Origin: Rhodosorus marinus CCMP1338
Taxonomy: Eukaryota; Plantae; Rhodophyta
Assembly: GCA_029953675.1 (NCBI GenBank)
Contig: JAMWBK010000007.1
Coordinates: forward strand, 1,302,001 to 1,366,000
DNA length: 64,000 nucleotides
Direction: 5' to 3'
A model generated the notes under the pieces. It saw only the letters and a program-made list of their open reading frames with translations. It was not told where the DNA came from and did no database searches. The position numbers and the translations under genes were made by a program. This document shows positions 10,191 through 22,000 of the stretch, one piece after another (positions within the stretch are counted from its first letter, which is position 1; each line of letters starts with the position of its first letter).

Positions 10191-11446
10191 TAGCCTTTAT
10201 TCGGCAGCTACCTACCGCAGCGCAATACCACTACTATATGTTCGCTCTAAACTCACTTGGACCCTCTGTCCAGGGGGTCTCATCTAAGCTCTACTCAAGG
10301 GAAATATTGTTCTAGCCGCGCGATCTTTCTCCATCGCATGCTCAACTAGCGCAGCATTACGCTGCCACAGAATCCGATTTAATTGACCCCTCACCGATGT
10401 TAGGTGTGTTTCACGATCATGAAGATGAGCAGTGGCCTTTTGCAGAAACTCTAGTCCTGCCTGTCCCAGCCGTCCGTACGTCTCAAAAATGAATGGTACG
10501 AGTATCACCTCCCTGCGTTCAGCTCGTATTACCTCCTGGTAGTGTGCCACTTTGCTTTGCTCCCCTTTCGCCGCTGCATATCCGTTTCTCCAGCTCGTTT
10601 GTCTCAGTTGATGACGTTGAAGCGGCGACGTCACCATTACGTCCACCACGTACACATGCCCGCTCGTCGGATGCCTTGCTACAATATCTGGTCGAATACC
10701 TGACCCGGAAAAGAATCCTTGCTGCTCCACTACACAGTCATGCTCAATTCTCCTCTCACGCCGCCTACCACTGCCGCTCGTCTCCGCGGCATGGGAGGCC
10801 ACCTCTCGCACTTGTGGTTAACCACTCTACCGTCGTCATTGAGTCATCCTCGATGCTTTCCAGTTCCGTTCTGCCGCACGGATCTATCTCGGTTTGCCAC
10901 AGGCTCCGTGGCACTCTAATCGGCCGTCTTTCTGTCAGGGATGTGAGAGCCGGATTGACGCTTGTGGCTACCACTTCCTGGGTTCCTGCGGACTGTTGCG
11001 AGGTCTCCGTACGAGGCGTCACACTCGCCTCAAGTACATCCTCAGCGAATTTTTGACTCGGATAGGGCATACGGTTGAGGTTGAGTCGGAACTGCCCAGA
11101 TCCATCTCGGACTCTGCACCGCCCCGTTGTATAGCCGATCTCCTCGTCTCCGACGCTGCTGCCAGACGCTCAACATATGTGGACCTTGCGATTACCTGCC
11201 CCGTGGCCAGCGCCCACCTCACCGCAGCCGCCCGCCGCCGGGGGGCCGCGGCTTCAGCCCTTCGAAGAGTTAAGGAACGACGGTATGCTGAGAGCATGGC
11301 CAGTCTGCCTTGCGTAGCGCTTCAGGCTATGCTAGTAAAGTCCAGTCCACTTGTAGGTCCGTAAAATTCCGAAGGCGCATCCATCGGCTCAGCTCCAGTT
11401 TTAGTTCATCGTGTCGCTTTGTTCGCATACCTGACGACGTTCGGCA
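10186..11446 (-). mobile_element. CRE-B2 3' fragment split by an antisense CRE-A insertion
   Basis: The B2 text RHDELKLELSRW.RNFTDLQVE (11346-11440) continues as QQGFFSGSGIRPDI (below 10731) once 10732-11345 is removed. Confidence 0.87.
10732..11345 (+). mobile_element. 5'-truncated, internally deleted CRE-A nested in B2; 6-bp TSD TCCACT
   Basis: Matches 38560-39100 and the A 3' UTR. TCCACT at 10726-10731 and 11346-11351. Confidence 0.88.
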
Positions 11447-12284
11447 CCCCAGACTAACGTAACTGTATCCTTTATTGGGCAGCTACCTACTGCAGCGCAA
11501 CATTACTTCGAGCCCTATTTAGGGTAAAGGATCGGTGTAAGCCCGCTCCCCGGTGTCTCTAGCTACGATAAAAAGAAAAATAAGGAATCAGCGGCTGGTC
11601 CGACTGGTCCACACGAAGGGCGCCTAGTGCGAGCTCTGCGTTCCCTTTCCAAAGCGTCTATATGATTTGAGCCGTACGTTGCTCAGTTTCTCGACCTTAG
11701 TCGGCATACGACTGCATCCATCCCGAAGAAACTCTTGCGCTAGCTCTCCTGTACCTCCAAATGTCTCGATCGCCAACAGTATGAACATATGGTCCGGGTG
11801 CTCGCTTGGCATTGCCTCCTTGTAATGTTCAACTTTCCAGCGCTCCGCATGCTTCGCTGCAATTCCATTAGTATCACGGCTCCGTGCAAAGTGTCTGGTC
11901 TGTAATAGCGACACCACAGTCACGTCAATGGCGAATCGCTGCCACGTTCGTGGTGGGATGGCCACCAGGTCAGGCCTCAGATTGTCAAAGTAGTCCGTTG
12001 GTTCTTGCTTGATCTCTCGAAATTGCCACCAGTTCAACCACCTCGCAATCTTTGTGCATATCGCATCGTGTCTCCGTTGCCATAGTCCCGTCGACGTTTG
12101 GCAGTGGTCCAGTCTTTGTACTCCGTTCGTACGATGTGTACTATGGCACGTAATACACTTCTCCGTCGTCCGCAATCCCGGAATCGGGAATCCCAACAGT
12201 TGTCGGATGTTCAAATCCATTCCCAGTCCGCTCAAAAATTCGCCTAGCCGAACTCCAGAGCCAGCGCCTGCAGCAGATCGGATT
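11447..12284 (-). mobile_element. CRE-B3 3' fragment
   Basis: ORF 11624-12235 (CITC...DHC, RRHDAIC, RPDLV...FAIDVT, AIETFG). It has a distinct UTR ending GTTACGTTAGTCTGGGG. Confidence 0.87.
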
Positions 12285-12416
12285 ACCCCAGACTAACGTA
12301 ACCGTGTACACTTTACTAAAAAGCTCCCTATTGAGGGACACCAAGAAGGAAGGAATAAGGATTACCCCGGACTAACGTAACCGTAAACTTTACTGGGCAA
12401 CCTCAGACTAACAACG
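12285..12416 (-). repeat. Stack of tiny D-type and B-type 3' ends, each with the 16-nt tail
   Basis: CCCCAGACTAACGTAACC at 12286, CCCCGGACTAACGTAACC at 12365, CTCAGACTAAC at ~12402. Confidence 0.8.
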
Positions 12417-12425
12417 ATACTGGAG

Positions 12426-12514
12426 CCAGTTGTGTATCGAACGAATGGTTTGCTATCTTCAAGAGTTCCCATTGCTTTCGCAACAAAAACTCCCGTTCGC
12501 TCCCAGTTGTGTAT
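12426..12514 (-). mobile_element. CRE-C tail tip plus a 51-nt foreign hairpin-containing filler between 12-bp direct repeats
   Basis: CCAGTTGTGTAT at 12426-12437 and 12503-12514. The C tip is 12438-12451 and the filler is 12452-12502. Confidence 0.6.
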
Positions 12515-13458
12515 CGAATGAATGGTTTAATCGGAGGCTGAAAAAAAAACCCGAGGGGAAAAAAAGACTAAGCGCGGCGAAGTACTCGCGCCTCCAACAT
12601 CAAAGCGGCATTCATGCGCCACAGCAGGAAACTTAAGCGGGTAAACAACGATTGAAGACGGTCAGGGCGTTCGCGGAACAACTCCCGAAGCCAGCGAGAA
12701 CCAACAGAGTCCATGAACCCAAAGCACTCAATGATCAGGGGTACCAAGCGATGTGCTAGTGCCGAAGCACGAACACCAGGGGAAGACAAAGCCCCCACGT
12801 ATTTGATCTCTTTGCGGCGTCTCATGCTGGCGGCGGCAGATCCACGGCGCTCCCCCGCAGCCGGGAGATAACGACTAGCTTGAGGGTTAGGAACAGCAAG
12901 ATCAACGTATGTGGTACGGCGGCTGTCGTCACAGGTGATCACCAGGTCGGCTACACGGCGTTCATCATTTTGAAAGTCCGCGACGGGTAAAGGTTTCTCA
13001 CGTTCGATTTCCAGACCGGCTTGCCGGACTATAGGCCGAAGTTCCCGGTATAACAGGTTCAAGATCCGTGTGTGGCGGCGGGTTCGAGCACCTTTCACCG
13101 CCGGGCAACTAGCGAGCAGGTCGGCGCCAAAATCTGCGTTGTCTTCAGTCTGAGAGCAGAGAGGGCGCGACGAACCCATCTCGTACGGCCAAGGGGGCTG
13201 ATGTAAGCCGAGGTATAAGCGCAGTGAAGTACGCACTTCGAAATCCGACAGTGTGAGTGGCGGAAAGGCTACTACGGTCATGAGCCACTGAGAGCTAATA
13301 ACCCCTCCAAGACTACGTAGGCGGGCGCGAGCGCGAGAAGATGAGACCATCTGCGCGAGGAGTCGGCCATATGCAGCACGGTGCAAGTCCCAAGAAAGGA
13401 TATTTTGCAGCGCATCCGTGCGTGCTTGAGCTCGGCTCCCAGCGCGCTGGGAATCATC
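12515..13458 (-). mobile_element. CRE-C 3' fragment
   Basis: ORF 12568-13386 is near-identical to 41977-42906. Confidence 0.93.
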
Positions 13459-14892
13459 GCTATCTAGGGGAAGGCTTACCCGAACCCCGCTACCGGGCTC
13501 TCATGCTACGTTCAAAAGAAAAAAGGAGGACCAGTGGATTCTCCAACTGGTCCACGCGCAAAGCGCCTAGGGCTATCTCGGCATTACCTCGGCAAAGTTG
13601 CCTGTTGATTTGCGATCTTATATCGCTCAGCTCCTCGCTCCTGTGCAGTAGGTGCTTGCAGCTGTCCCGCAGAAACTCCTGTGCCATCTGTCCCGTCCGC
13701 CCAAATGTTTCTATTGCAATTGGGATGAACTTGTCATCCGGGTGTTCTATCGTCATCGCCTCTTTGTAGTGTGCTTTCTTCCAGCTCTCCGCACATCTTG
13801 CTGCATATCCATTCTCCCCCTCACTACGCCTCAGATACTTCCCTTGCAGAGGAGACACAACCGTCACGTCCAGCGCATATCGTTGAAATGTCCTCGGATG
13901 CGTAGCAATGATGTCTGGCCGTAGGCCGTAGTTTTCAAAGTACTTCTCTGGCTCCTGCTCGATGTCCAGAAAGTTCCACCTGTTCAGCCACCTTGCGATC
14001 TCCGTGCATATCTCGTCATACCTACGTTGCCACAGGCCAGTCGACGTGGGGCAATGATGAAAGCGTTGTACTCCGTTTGCACCGTGTTTACCAAGGCATC
14101 GAGTACACTTTTCCGTAGTCCGCAGCCCCGGAATCGGTAGCCCCAGTAGTTGTCGGATATTCACCTGCACTTCGGTCGAGCTCAGCTTTTTCGGCTCCAA
14201 CGTCGGCAGTTCTCGCAACCAGACTCCCGATCCAGAGCCCTCCGCGGACCTGATTCGAGCGTGATGTTCGGCGGAGATGCGCGAATTGTTAACCAGGCGT
14301 CGGAATGCGGAATGGTGTGCCTCCCGAGCGAGAGTTTGTTGTGTAGAACCATTAACCCCAGACTAACGTAACCGGAAACTTTACTGGGCAGCTGCCTACT
14401 GCAGCGTATCACTAGTGCTACTACTATCTAGGGAAAAGTTTACGCTAACCCCGCGACCGGGGTCTCACGCGACTTTCGAAAGAAAAAACTGGGACCAGTG
14501 GATTCGCCAACTGGTCCACTCGCAGAGCGCCTATCGCTATTCCGCGTTCCCCTGCCATACCCTTTCTGGTTGATCTGCGATCTTACATCGCTCAGTTCTA
14601 GGCTCCGGTGCAGTAGGTGCTTGCAGCTGTCCCGCAGAAACTCCTGTGCCATCTGTCCCGTCCGCCCAAATGTTTCTATTGCAATTGGGATGAACTTGTC
14701 ATCCGGGTGTTCTATCGTCATCGCCTCTTCGTAGTGCGCTTTCCTCCACCTCTCAGCACATCTTAATGCATATCCATTCTCCCTCTCACTACGCCTCAGA
14801 TACTTCCCTTGTAGAGGAGACACAACAGTCACGTCCAGCGCATACCGTTGATATGTCCTCAGATGCGTAGCAATGATGTCAGGCCGTAGCCC
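13459..14892 (-). mobile_element. Two tandem CRE-B 3' fragments (13459-14353 lacking its tail; 14354-14892 with tail)
   Basis: ORFs 13490-14218 and 14440-14832 carry REL motifs. Tail AACCCCAGACTAACGTAACC at 14354. Confidence 0.9.
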
Positions 14893-15005
14893 CAGTAAAC
14901 CCTAAAGTCCAGCTCGGAGTGGCTGCGGACATGTTTTACGGACCATCCTGTTGAATATCTGGGACTCCTACGCAGGATATTCTAGCCGCAAGCTAGTATA
15001 GGCGC

Positions 15006-15605
15006 ACTGTTGCGAGGTCTCCGTACGAGGCGTCACACTCGCCTCAAGTACATCCTCAGCGAATCTTTGACTCGGATAGGGCATACGGTTGAGGTTGAGT
15101 CGGAACTGCCCAGATCCATCTCGGACTCTGCACCGCCCCGTTGTATAGCCGATCTCCTCGTCTCCGACGCTGCTGCCAGACGCTCAACATATGTGGACCT
15201 TGCGATTACCTGCCCCGTGGCCAGCGCCCACCTCACCGCAGCCGCCCGCCGCCGGGGGGCCGCGGCTTCAGCCCTTCGAAGAGTTAAGGAACGACGGTAT
15301 GCTGAGAGCATGGCCAGTCTGCCTTGCGCTGAGGGTCGCTCTCACCGGTTCCAGCCATTCATTGTGGAAAGCTTTGGTCACGTGGATAAGTCGGGTTTAG
15401 AGTGGTTGCGGAAATGTTTTGCTGAGCATCCTACTGAATATTTGGCGCTCTTGAGGCGTTTAAGTGTCTCCCTTTGGCGATATTCCAGCGACATGCTTTC
15501 CGAGGCGCGCCATCGGCGCCTGGGGTTGCATGCTTCCCTCCCTAGTTATTAGTTCATCTTCACGCCTTGCGTAGCGCTTCAGGCTATGCTAGTAAAGTCC
15601 AGTCC
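15006..15605 (+). mobile_element. 5'-truncated CRE-A with 11-bp TSD AGTATAGGCGC
   Basis: TSD at 14995-15005 and 15606-15616. ORF 15010-15552 is almost identical to the C-terminus of the 1584-aa ORF. Confidence 0.93.
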
Positions 15606-15616
15606 AGTATAGGCGC

Positions 15617-15980
15617 GCCTTCGCCGCCTATATTTGCACGCTTTTCTCCCTAGTTCCTAGTTCCCTTTCACGCCCCGCGCTTCAGGCCATGCATGCTAGT
15701 AAAACCAGGTTCGGCTCCCACCAGTTCCAGCCTTTCATTGTGGAAAGCTTTGGTCATGTGGAGAAGTCGGGTTTGGAGTGGTTGCGGAAGTGTTTCACTG
15801 AGCATCCTGTTGAATACTTGGAACTTTTGCGGCGTTTAAGTGTCTCTCTGCGGCGATATTCGAGCAGCATGCTTGCCGAGGCGCGCCATCAGCGCCTGGG
15901 TTTGCACGCTTCCCTACCTAGTTCTTATTTCCTTTTCACGCTTTGCGTAGTGTTTATGCCAACAAAGCCAGCAAAACCCG
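15617..15980 (+). mobile_element. Further CRE-A 3' fragments
   Basis: A-type UTR and FQPFIVESFGH motif (ORF 15689-16054). Confidence 0.82.
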
Positions 15981-16191
15981 CAGTAGAACCACACTACCAC
16001 AAGCACAGTACGCAGGAAACCATGACGTTAGTAAGCCCACCCACTTTACATTAGTAATGTACGGTTGAATTTTGAAAAGAACCACCAGAATTGCATTTTC
16101 CAAAGTTCAAAGCGCGGCCAACTGAATCTTTGGGAATTCTAGTATTTTCGTGAAAAAAAATGGGCAAAAGTCCTTCCACTCGCTCCGTATC

Positions 16192-16207
16192 GAACGAACG
16201 AATGGAA
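16192..16207 (-). mobile_element. 16-nt CRE-C tail-only insertion with an 11-bp TSD
   Basis: CGCTCCGTATC (16181-16191) + GAACGAACGAATGGAA + CGCTCCGTATC (16208-16218). The reverse complement of the insert is the C terminus CCATTCGTTCG. Confidence 0.78.
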
Positions 16208-16339
16208 CGCTCCGTATCACTGTCGTTAGGCTGGATATAAAAAGAAAAGCCCAATCAGTCTGTTTTTCTCGCTTCGGAGGATTTTATCTTTAGCCAACTC
16301 TGACTAAACCAACTAATTCACACGGAGAAAGTGGACCGC

Positions 16340-17370
16340 TCTTCACATCGGTTCTTTAAAGATGCTCTCCTAGAGGTGTTCCAGTGGCCGCCCCCGAACG
16401 GTTTTCCTCGGCCGTTTGAGATTCCCGTTGTGGTAAATGAAGGCGGCTTCGATGATGGCGAGCTCGCTGTGATCTGATCCTCGCCTTTAGTTTGGTTTCT
16501 TCTCCTCGGGTATTAGCTGATGGGGAAGAATCGGGCGCTCTCCACATTCGAAACCGCAGTCGGTCATGCCGTTTCGTTATTGTTTTGATTTTGAGGACTC
16601 CGTTTGGTTCCGCGAAGTGTTCCGTTGGGTGCGCCCGACTGGCGTATTTCGGTATTCACTAGTATTTTCAGCCCCTCGTGGATTCGCTGATAAGGGGGAA
16701 CTGCTCCTCAGATCCGAAACCGCAGTCGGTCATGGTTGAATGTTTAGACGTAAGCATTCCGTTTGGATCGGCGAGGCATTCCGGTGGGCGCCCCGACTGA
16801 CTCCCCCGCGCTGTTCATCTGCTGGAGTTTCCTGTGATAGCAAATGAACACGGCTTGGGTGTACTCCTCCCATCTCCGGGTTCCTACCCCTCGAATAAGA
16901 TTTTTGACTTTGATCTTGGAGACCGCTCCTTTTTCCTCGTCTTCAATAGCGGTTTCTTCCCCATACGGGATTTTTGCTGGCGCGGTGAAATAGGCCCGGC
17001 CCTCATACCCGAAACCGCATTGGATCATGATTGAGTGTTTCGGCTTTCTTAATGCAGTTGGTTCCTCGAAGTACTCCGTCCGCACCCCGACTGACTCTCC
17101 TCGCTGCTTACACGTTTGAGCTTGCCAGATATGCCGTACCGAACGCGGTGTTGACTTGGAGTTACCGTGATCTTCACCTTCATTACACCAGCTTTCCCCT
17201 GGAGCTTCGCTAGCGAGAAGAGCGGCCCAACCCCGAAACCATTTTCGGTCACATTAGAGAAGATTTTTATTCGGGAGGCGAGAATAAATAAGAAAACTGG
17301 AGATAAAAAATAAAAAACCCACAGAGGAGAAAAAAAAGACGCTTGCAGAAGCCGAAAATCCGATCATGAA
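16340..17370 (-). repeat. Degenerate tandem repeat (~5 units, period ~120-300 bp) of unknown origin
   Basis: Core CGAAACCGCAGTCGGTCATG is identical at 16549 and 16715, with variants at 17010, 17234 and 17353. About 70 nt of flank is also shared. Confidence 0.65.
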
Positions 17371-19089
17371 ATTTCGTCGTTGAGGCCGCATACGAAAGTC
17401 CTAACAAATTCTGCGGAATGGAAGGTTTCGGGACACCAAATACCTAGCTAATGACGACGAATCACAAATATATTGAAGATAAAGTCAGCCCATAAAATTA
17501 AATGATTGCATGTTCTATCAATTGAGATGTTTCTAGTCCAGTTTTTAAGAGCAAACGCGCGTATAGATTGAAGTTAGTCCACAAGCTGAAATGATTGGGG
17601 ATGCTGCATCAATTGGGAGCTGTTTTCTCAAATTTAATATCCATTAATTTGCACCTCTCGCTGCATAAACTCTTGTCGCACCTCGTTCCCTCGTTAGTTG
17701 ACAGCAAAATTTGATCTCCAAACAACCCCCCCCCCTTGGAAAGTCTTAAAGTAGGAAATTTCAAGCCTCCCCCCTTTCAGAAAGCCTCCCCCCTTTCAGA
17801 AACAATATTTTCTTTCACAAATCCATAGATGTATTCACAATTTATAAAAAAACTGAGAACTATCTAAACGAAATATTTGTGGATGTATGTCTTAATATTT
17901 TGATAATCAATATACACAAATATGAATTCATAAATTTGACATGTATGGCCTTATTAATTAAAAATACAAATCTCGAGTTAAAATCTGCTTTATTTCAAAC
18001 TTATAGCTCGTCAAGCCATCAAAGCAAGTCCATTTGCTACAGTATTGATTAACTACTGTTTTCTTCAGAATAACGTAACACCAATAGGAGAAAACCCAAC
18101 CGATGAGCAGTTGAAAAAAAAAGAAAAGGCAACCGCAACCCCCAAAAATTATAGTGCTTTGGAATGTCAAGGGTGAGTACAATATCATATTACGCTTATT
18201 TTATTTCCCGCTTTGAAAGCTCAATGTTTTGTTTGTTTTTAGATGGGAAGTGGAATAGTATCACTTTTTGCTTGTTTTCAGACTGGGAAGTTTTGGTTTT
18301 TTTCCCCTTTCGTTTTCCGAACCAGACAAGTCTTTAGGAATGGTTTTTTTCACAGAGAGTCCACGCTCGATGGATGAATGAATTGTCCGCACAAACGATG
18401 GCGTAGGTAAGAACCCGGTTTTTTTCGTTTTTTTGGCTAGGAGGAATTGTTAGTTTCAATCGAAATGCGGAGTTACGTATGAGTTGCGTAACGGCATAGC
18501 TTCGGTGTGGATGGAGAGCGTCACAGGCTACGTGCCTAGTCATATAGCTTTTTTGGGACGGTCGTGAACCTCCGTTTTCGTGTAATTTTTTGGGGGTTTT
18601 GTTTTTTCGTGCACACTTCTATCGGGATCAGTGAATATCGGGATCAGTAGAGCACCCATCCGATGTCAAGGGCGAGGATGTGGCCCCATCTTATATTTTG
18701 ATGTGTACAGGCAAACCTTGATTACAGATTGACGCCGCCTTTTTTTTTTTCACCTTGTACGGTTCACAAGCGCTTGCCGGTTGAAGAAGGCTACCTATGG
18801 CAATCACTTCCATGTTCAACGGAACTCGCGTCCGGTCGACTGAGTGAAAAGCGAGTGTTTGATGTATTTATTCAGGATTCAGGTATGTAGAACAAATCGA
18901 TAGCTTCCAGGTCGGGCGCTGGGAGTGTATATACTGCGTTCGTGTATGCTTGGGAGGTGGTTGGTAGGAGTGTGGGGTACAACCAGAGCGGAGTTGACTT
19001 TTGGCGTGTGGGCATTAACGTGAGGTGCAGGGGGGTAGCTGTTCAGTTGGTTGCTTGAGATGGTTGATCCTGCTTTTGTTTCGGGAAGC

Positions 19090-22000
19090 ATGAACCGACT
19101 CGCAGCGTTCGTGCTGTTGAGCATGGCCTTTTTGAAGCTTACCGCGGGTGCCACTACATGCGAGGCAGACCCGAAGAAGGGGTTGTTTGGTCACGAGGGT
19201 GCGTGTTTTGATCTTATCGATAGTGATGGTGTTAAGCAGGGGTCCGTGTGTACCTCCACCGTTGCTTTGGCAAGGGGAATGTGCATTCGCGCCAAGTACT
19301 CCGCCGAGAATACAGGTTCATCCGTATTAAAGTTGAGGGGAGGGCTTCACAAGAAGGACGAACGCGTCACCAAAAGATGGTCGAGGTATACCCGCAAGCG
19401 AACTGTGGCCACCATTAATTCACCTGATGTTTCCAGCGCCAGCCTTTATTTCTGCCCCAGCCACATCTCCGTGCTTGAGTTGCCGTGCTGCGGAGCAGAC
19501 CACCAATTCCTCGGATTTGCGGTGATTGCCGTGCCCGTATCTGAGCCAGATTCTGATCGAATTCAAGTTAAAGCTTATGTCGCTCCTCAGACGACCACTG
19601 CCGACGGTATCTGTAGCTCAAGAACGGGAGGAGGAGGCCGGGAAGAGTTTCTCTGTACTTTGAAAGTGACCTGCGATAGTTGCCCTAGTCGTGCTTGCAA
19701 CGACAACGGCACGTGCGTAAAAAAGATCGATTATGCGTGCGGTGACGCGGAGGTAAAACACGAATGTTCGTTCACTTTCATCAATGCGGGCCCTTCTGAT
19801 GAGGAGATACTTGGGATCACTTCTTTCCCAGGAAGCGTTTGCGGATCCCGATACAGGTACTTGTGGATGCCAATGCGACTCCAGCAGAGACGATGTATGC
19901 ATTGATGGGTTTGACGGCTGTGTAAGCCTTTCAGACTATGAATCAAGCTCATGTAATGATGCCGAGGTATGCCAGCAATAACTTTTGAGGAAGAACGAGG
20001 AAACGGCCCGGTCAAGTAGCAGCCCAGACTCATCGCTGTACCCAACCTCGTTTATTCGAATCCTTTTCCAACCAGTTCGGCGCCATCCATCCGGAAACAC
20101 GCGGGTGCGGATGCAGCTGCTCCTCTGCCCGTGGAAGCTGCTTAGACACGGCGAAAAACAATCGATGCCGGGACATCTTAGAGTACGGAGCAAACGTTTG
20201 TTCTGCTACAGAGGTAAGCATGACTTTTCACGGTCGAATAAGCAGTGCATACTCAAAAGTCTACGCACAAGGTTACTTACTCGAACCGTTGCAATCAGAT
20301 CGGCGTCATCGACTCGGCAACTGGCGAATGTGGATGCAGTTGCTCTATTGACGACGGAGGCTGTATAGACACAGGAAACAACAACGAATGCCGGAGTATC
20401 TCAGAGTATGGAGAAGATGCTTGTCCTGCTTTAGAGGTAGGCATGACCCGACCCTTCGCAGTCGAAACGCACCCAGACTCAAGTCCGTGCACAAGCTTAC
20501 TTGCTCGAACCGTTTTGCGATCAGATCGGCGTCATCGACTCCGCAACAGGCGAATGTGGATGCAGTTGCTCTATTGACGAGGGAGGCTGCATAGACACAG
20601 GAAACAACAACGAATGCCGGAGTATCTCAGAGTACGGAGAAGATGCTTGTCCTGCTTTAGAGGTAAGCATGACCCAACCCTGCACGGTCGAAACACAACA
20701 AAGACTTAAGTCCGTACATAAGCTCAACTACTCGGACTGTTCTCGGACCAGATTGGCGTCGTCGATTCGGCAACAGGCGAGTGTGGATGCAGTTGCTCTG
20801 TTGACGATGGAATCTGCATAGAAACAGCGAATAATCAATGCCGGAGTATCTCAGAGTACGGAGAAAATGTTTGTTCTGCGGTAGAGGTAGGAACCCTTCG
20901 CGGCCTAACAGCAACCAACACTCAAGTCTGTGCACAAGCTCACCTACTCGAGCCGTTCTCGGACCAGATCGGCGTCGTCGATTCCGCAACAGGCGAGTGT
21001 GGATGCAGTTGCTCTGTTGACGATGGAGGCTGCATAGACACAGCAAATAACCAATGCCGGAGTAGCTCAGAGTACGGAGAAAACGTTTGTTCTGCGGGAG
21101 AGGTAGGAACCCTTCGCGGTCTAACAGCAAACAAGAATCAAGTGTGTGCACAATCTCAATTACTCGAGCCGTTCTCGAACCAGATCGGCGTCGTCGATTC
21201 CGCAACAGGCGAGTGTGGATGCAGTTGCTCTGTTGACGATGGAGGCTGCATAGACAGAGCAAACAACAACGAATGCCGGAGCATCTCAGAGTACGGAGAA
21301 GATGCTTGTTCTGCTTTAGAGGTAGGCATGACCCAACTCTTCGCGGTCGAAACGCAACCCAGACTCAAGTCCGTGCACAAGCTTATTTGCTAGAACTGTT
21401 TTGCAATCAGAGCGGTGTCGTCGACTCGGCGAATGGCGAATGTGGATGCAGTTGCTCTGTTGACGACGGAGGCTGTATCGACACAGGAAACAACAACGAA
21501 TGTCGGAGTATCTCAGAGTACGGAGAAGATGCGTGTTCTGCTTTAGAGGTAGGCATAACCCAACCCTGCACGGTCGGAACGAAACCTAGACTCAAGTCCG
21601 TGCACAAGCTCACCTACTCGGACCGTTCTCGGACTAGATTGGCGTCGTCGATTCGGCAACAGGCGAGTGTGGATGCAGTTGCTCTGTTGACGATGGAGGC
21701 TGCGTAGATACAGTAAATACCCAATGCCGGAGTACCTTAGAGTACGGAGAAAATGTTTGTTCTGCGGTAGAGGTATGAACCCTTCGCGGTCTAACAGCGA
21801 CCAAGACTCAAGTGTGTGCACAAGCTCAATTACTCGAACCGTTCTCCATACAGATCGGCGTCGTTGATTCGGCAACAGGCGAGTGTGGATGCAGTTGCTC
21901 TGTTGACGATGGGGGCTGTATAGACATAGCAAACAACAACGAATGCCGGATTATCTCAGAGTACGGAGAAGATGCATGTCCTCGTTTAGAGGTAGGCATG

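Noticed and set aside
14896-14906. TAAACCCTAAA, plant-type telomere repeat
   Set aside because: Only about 1.5 units at one junction, which is expected by chance.
17270-18900. AT-rich tract with a 19-nt tandem duplication (AAGCCTCCCCCTTTCAGAA) and short ORFs
   Set aside because: No TIR pair, TSD or coding signal could be established.
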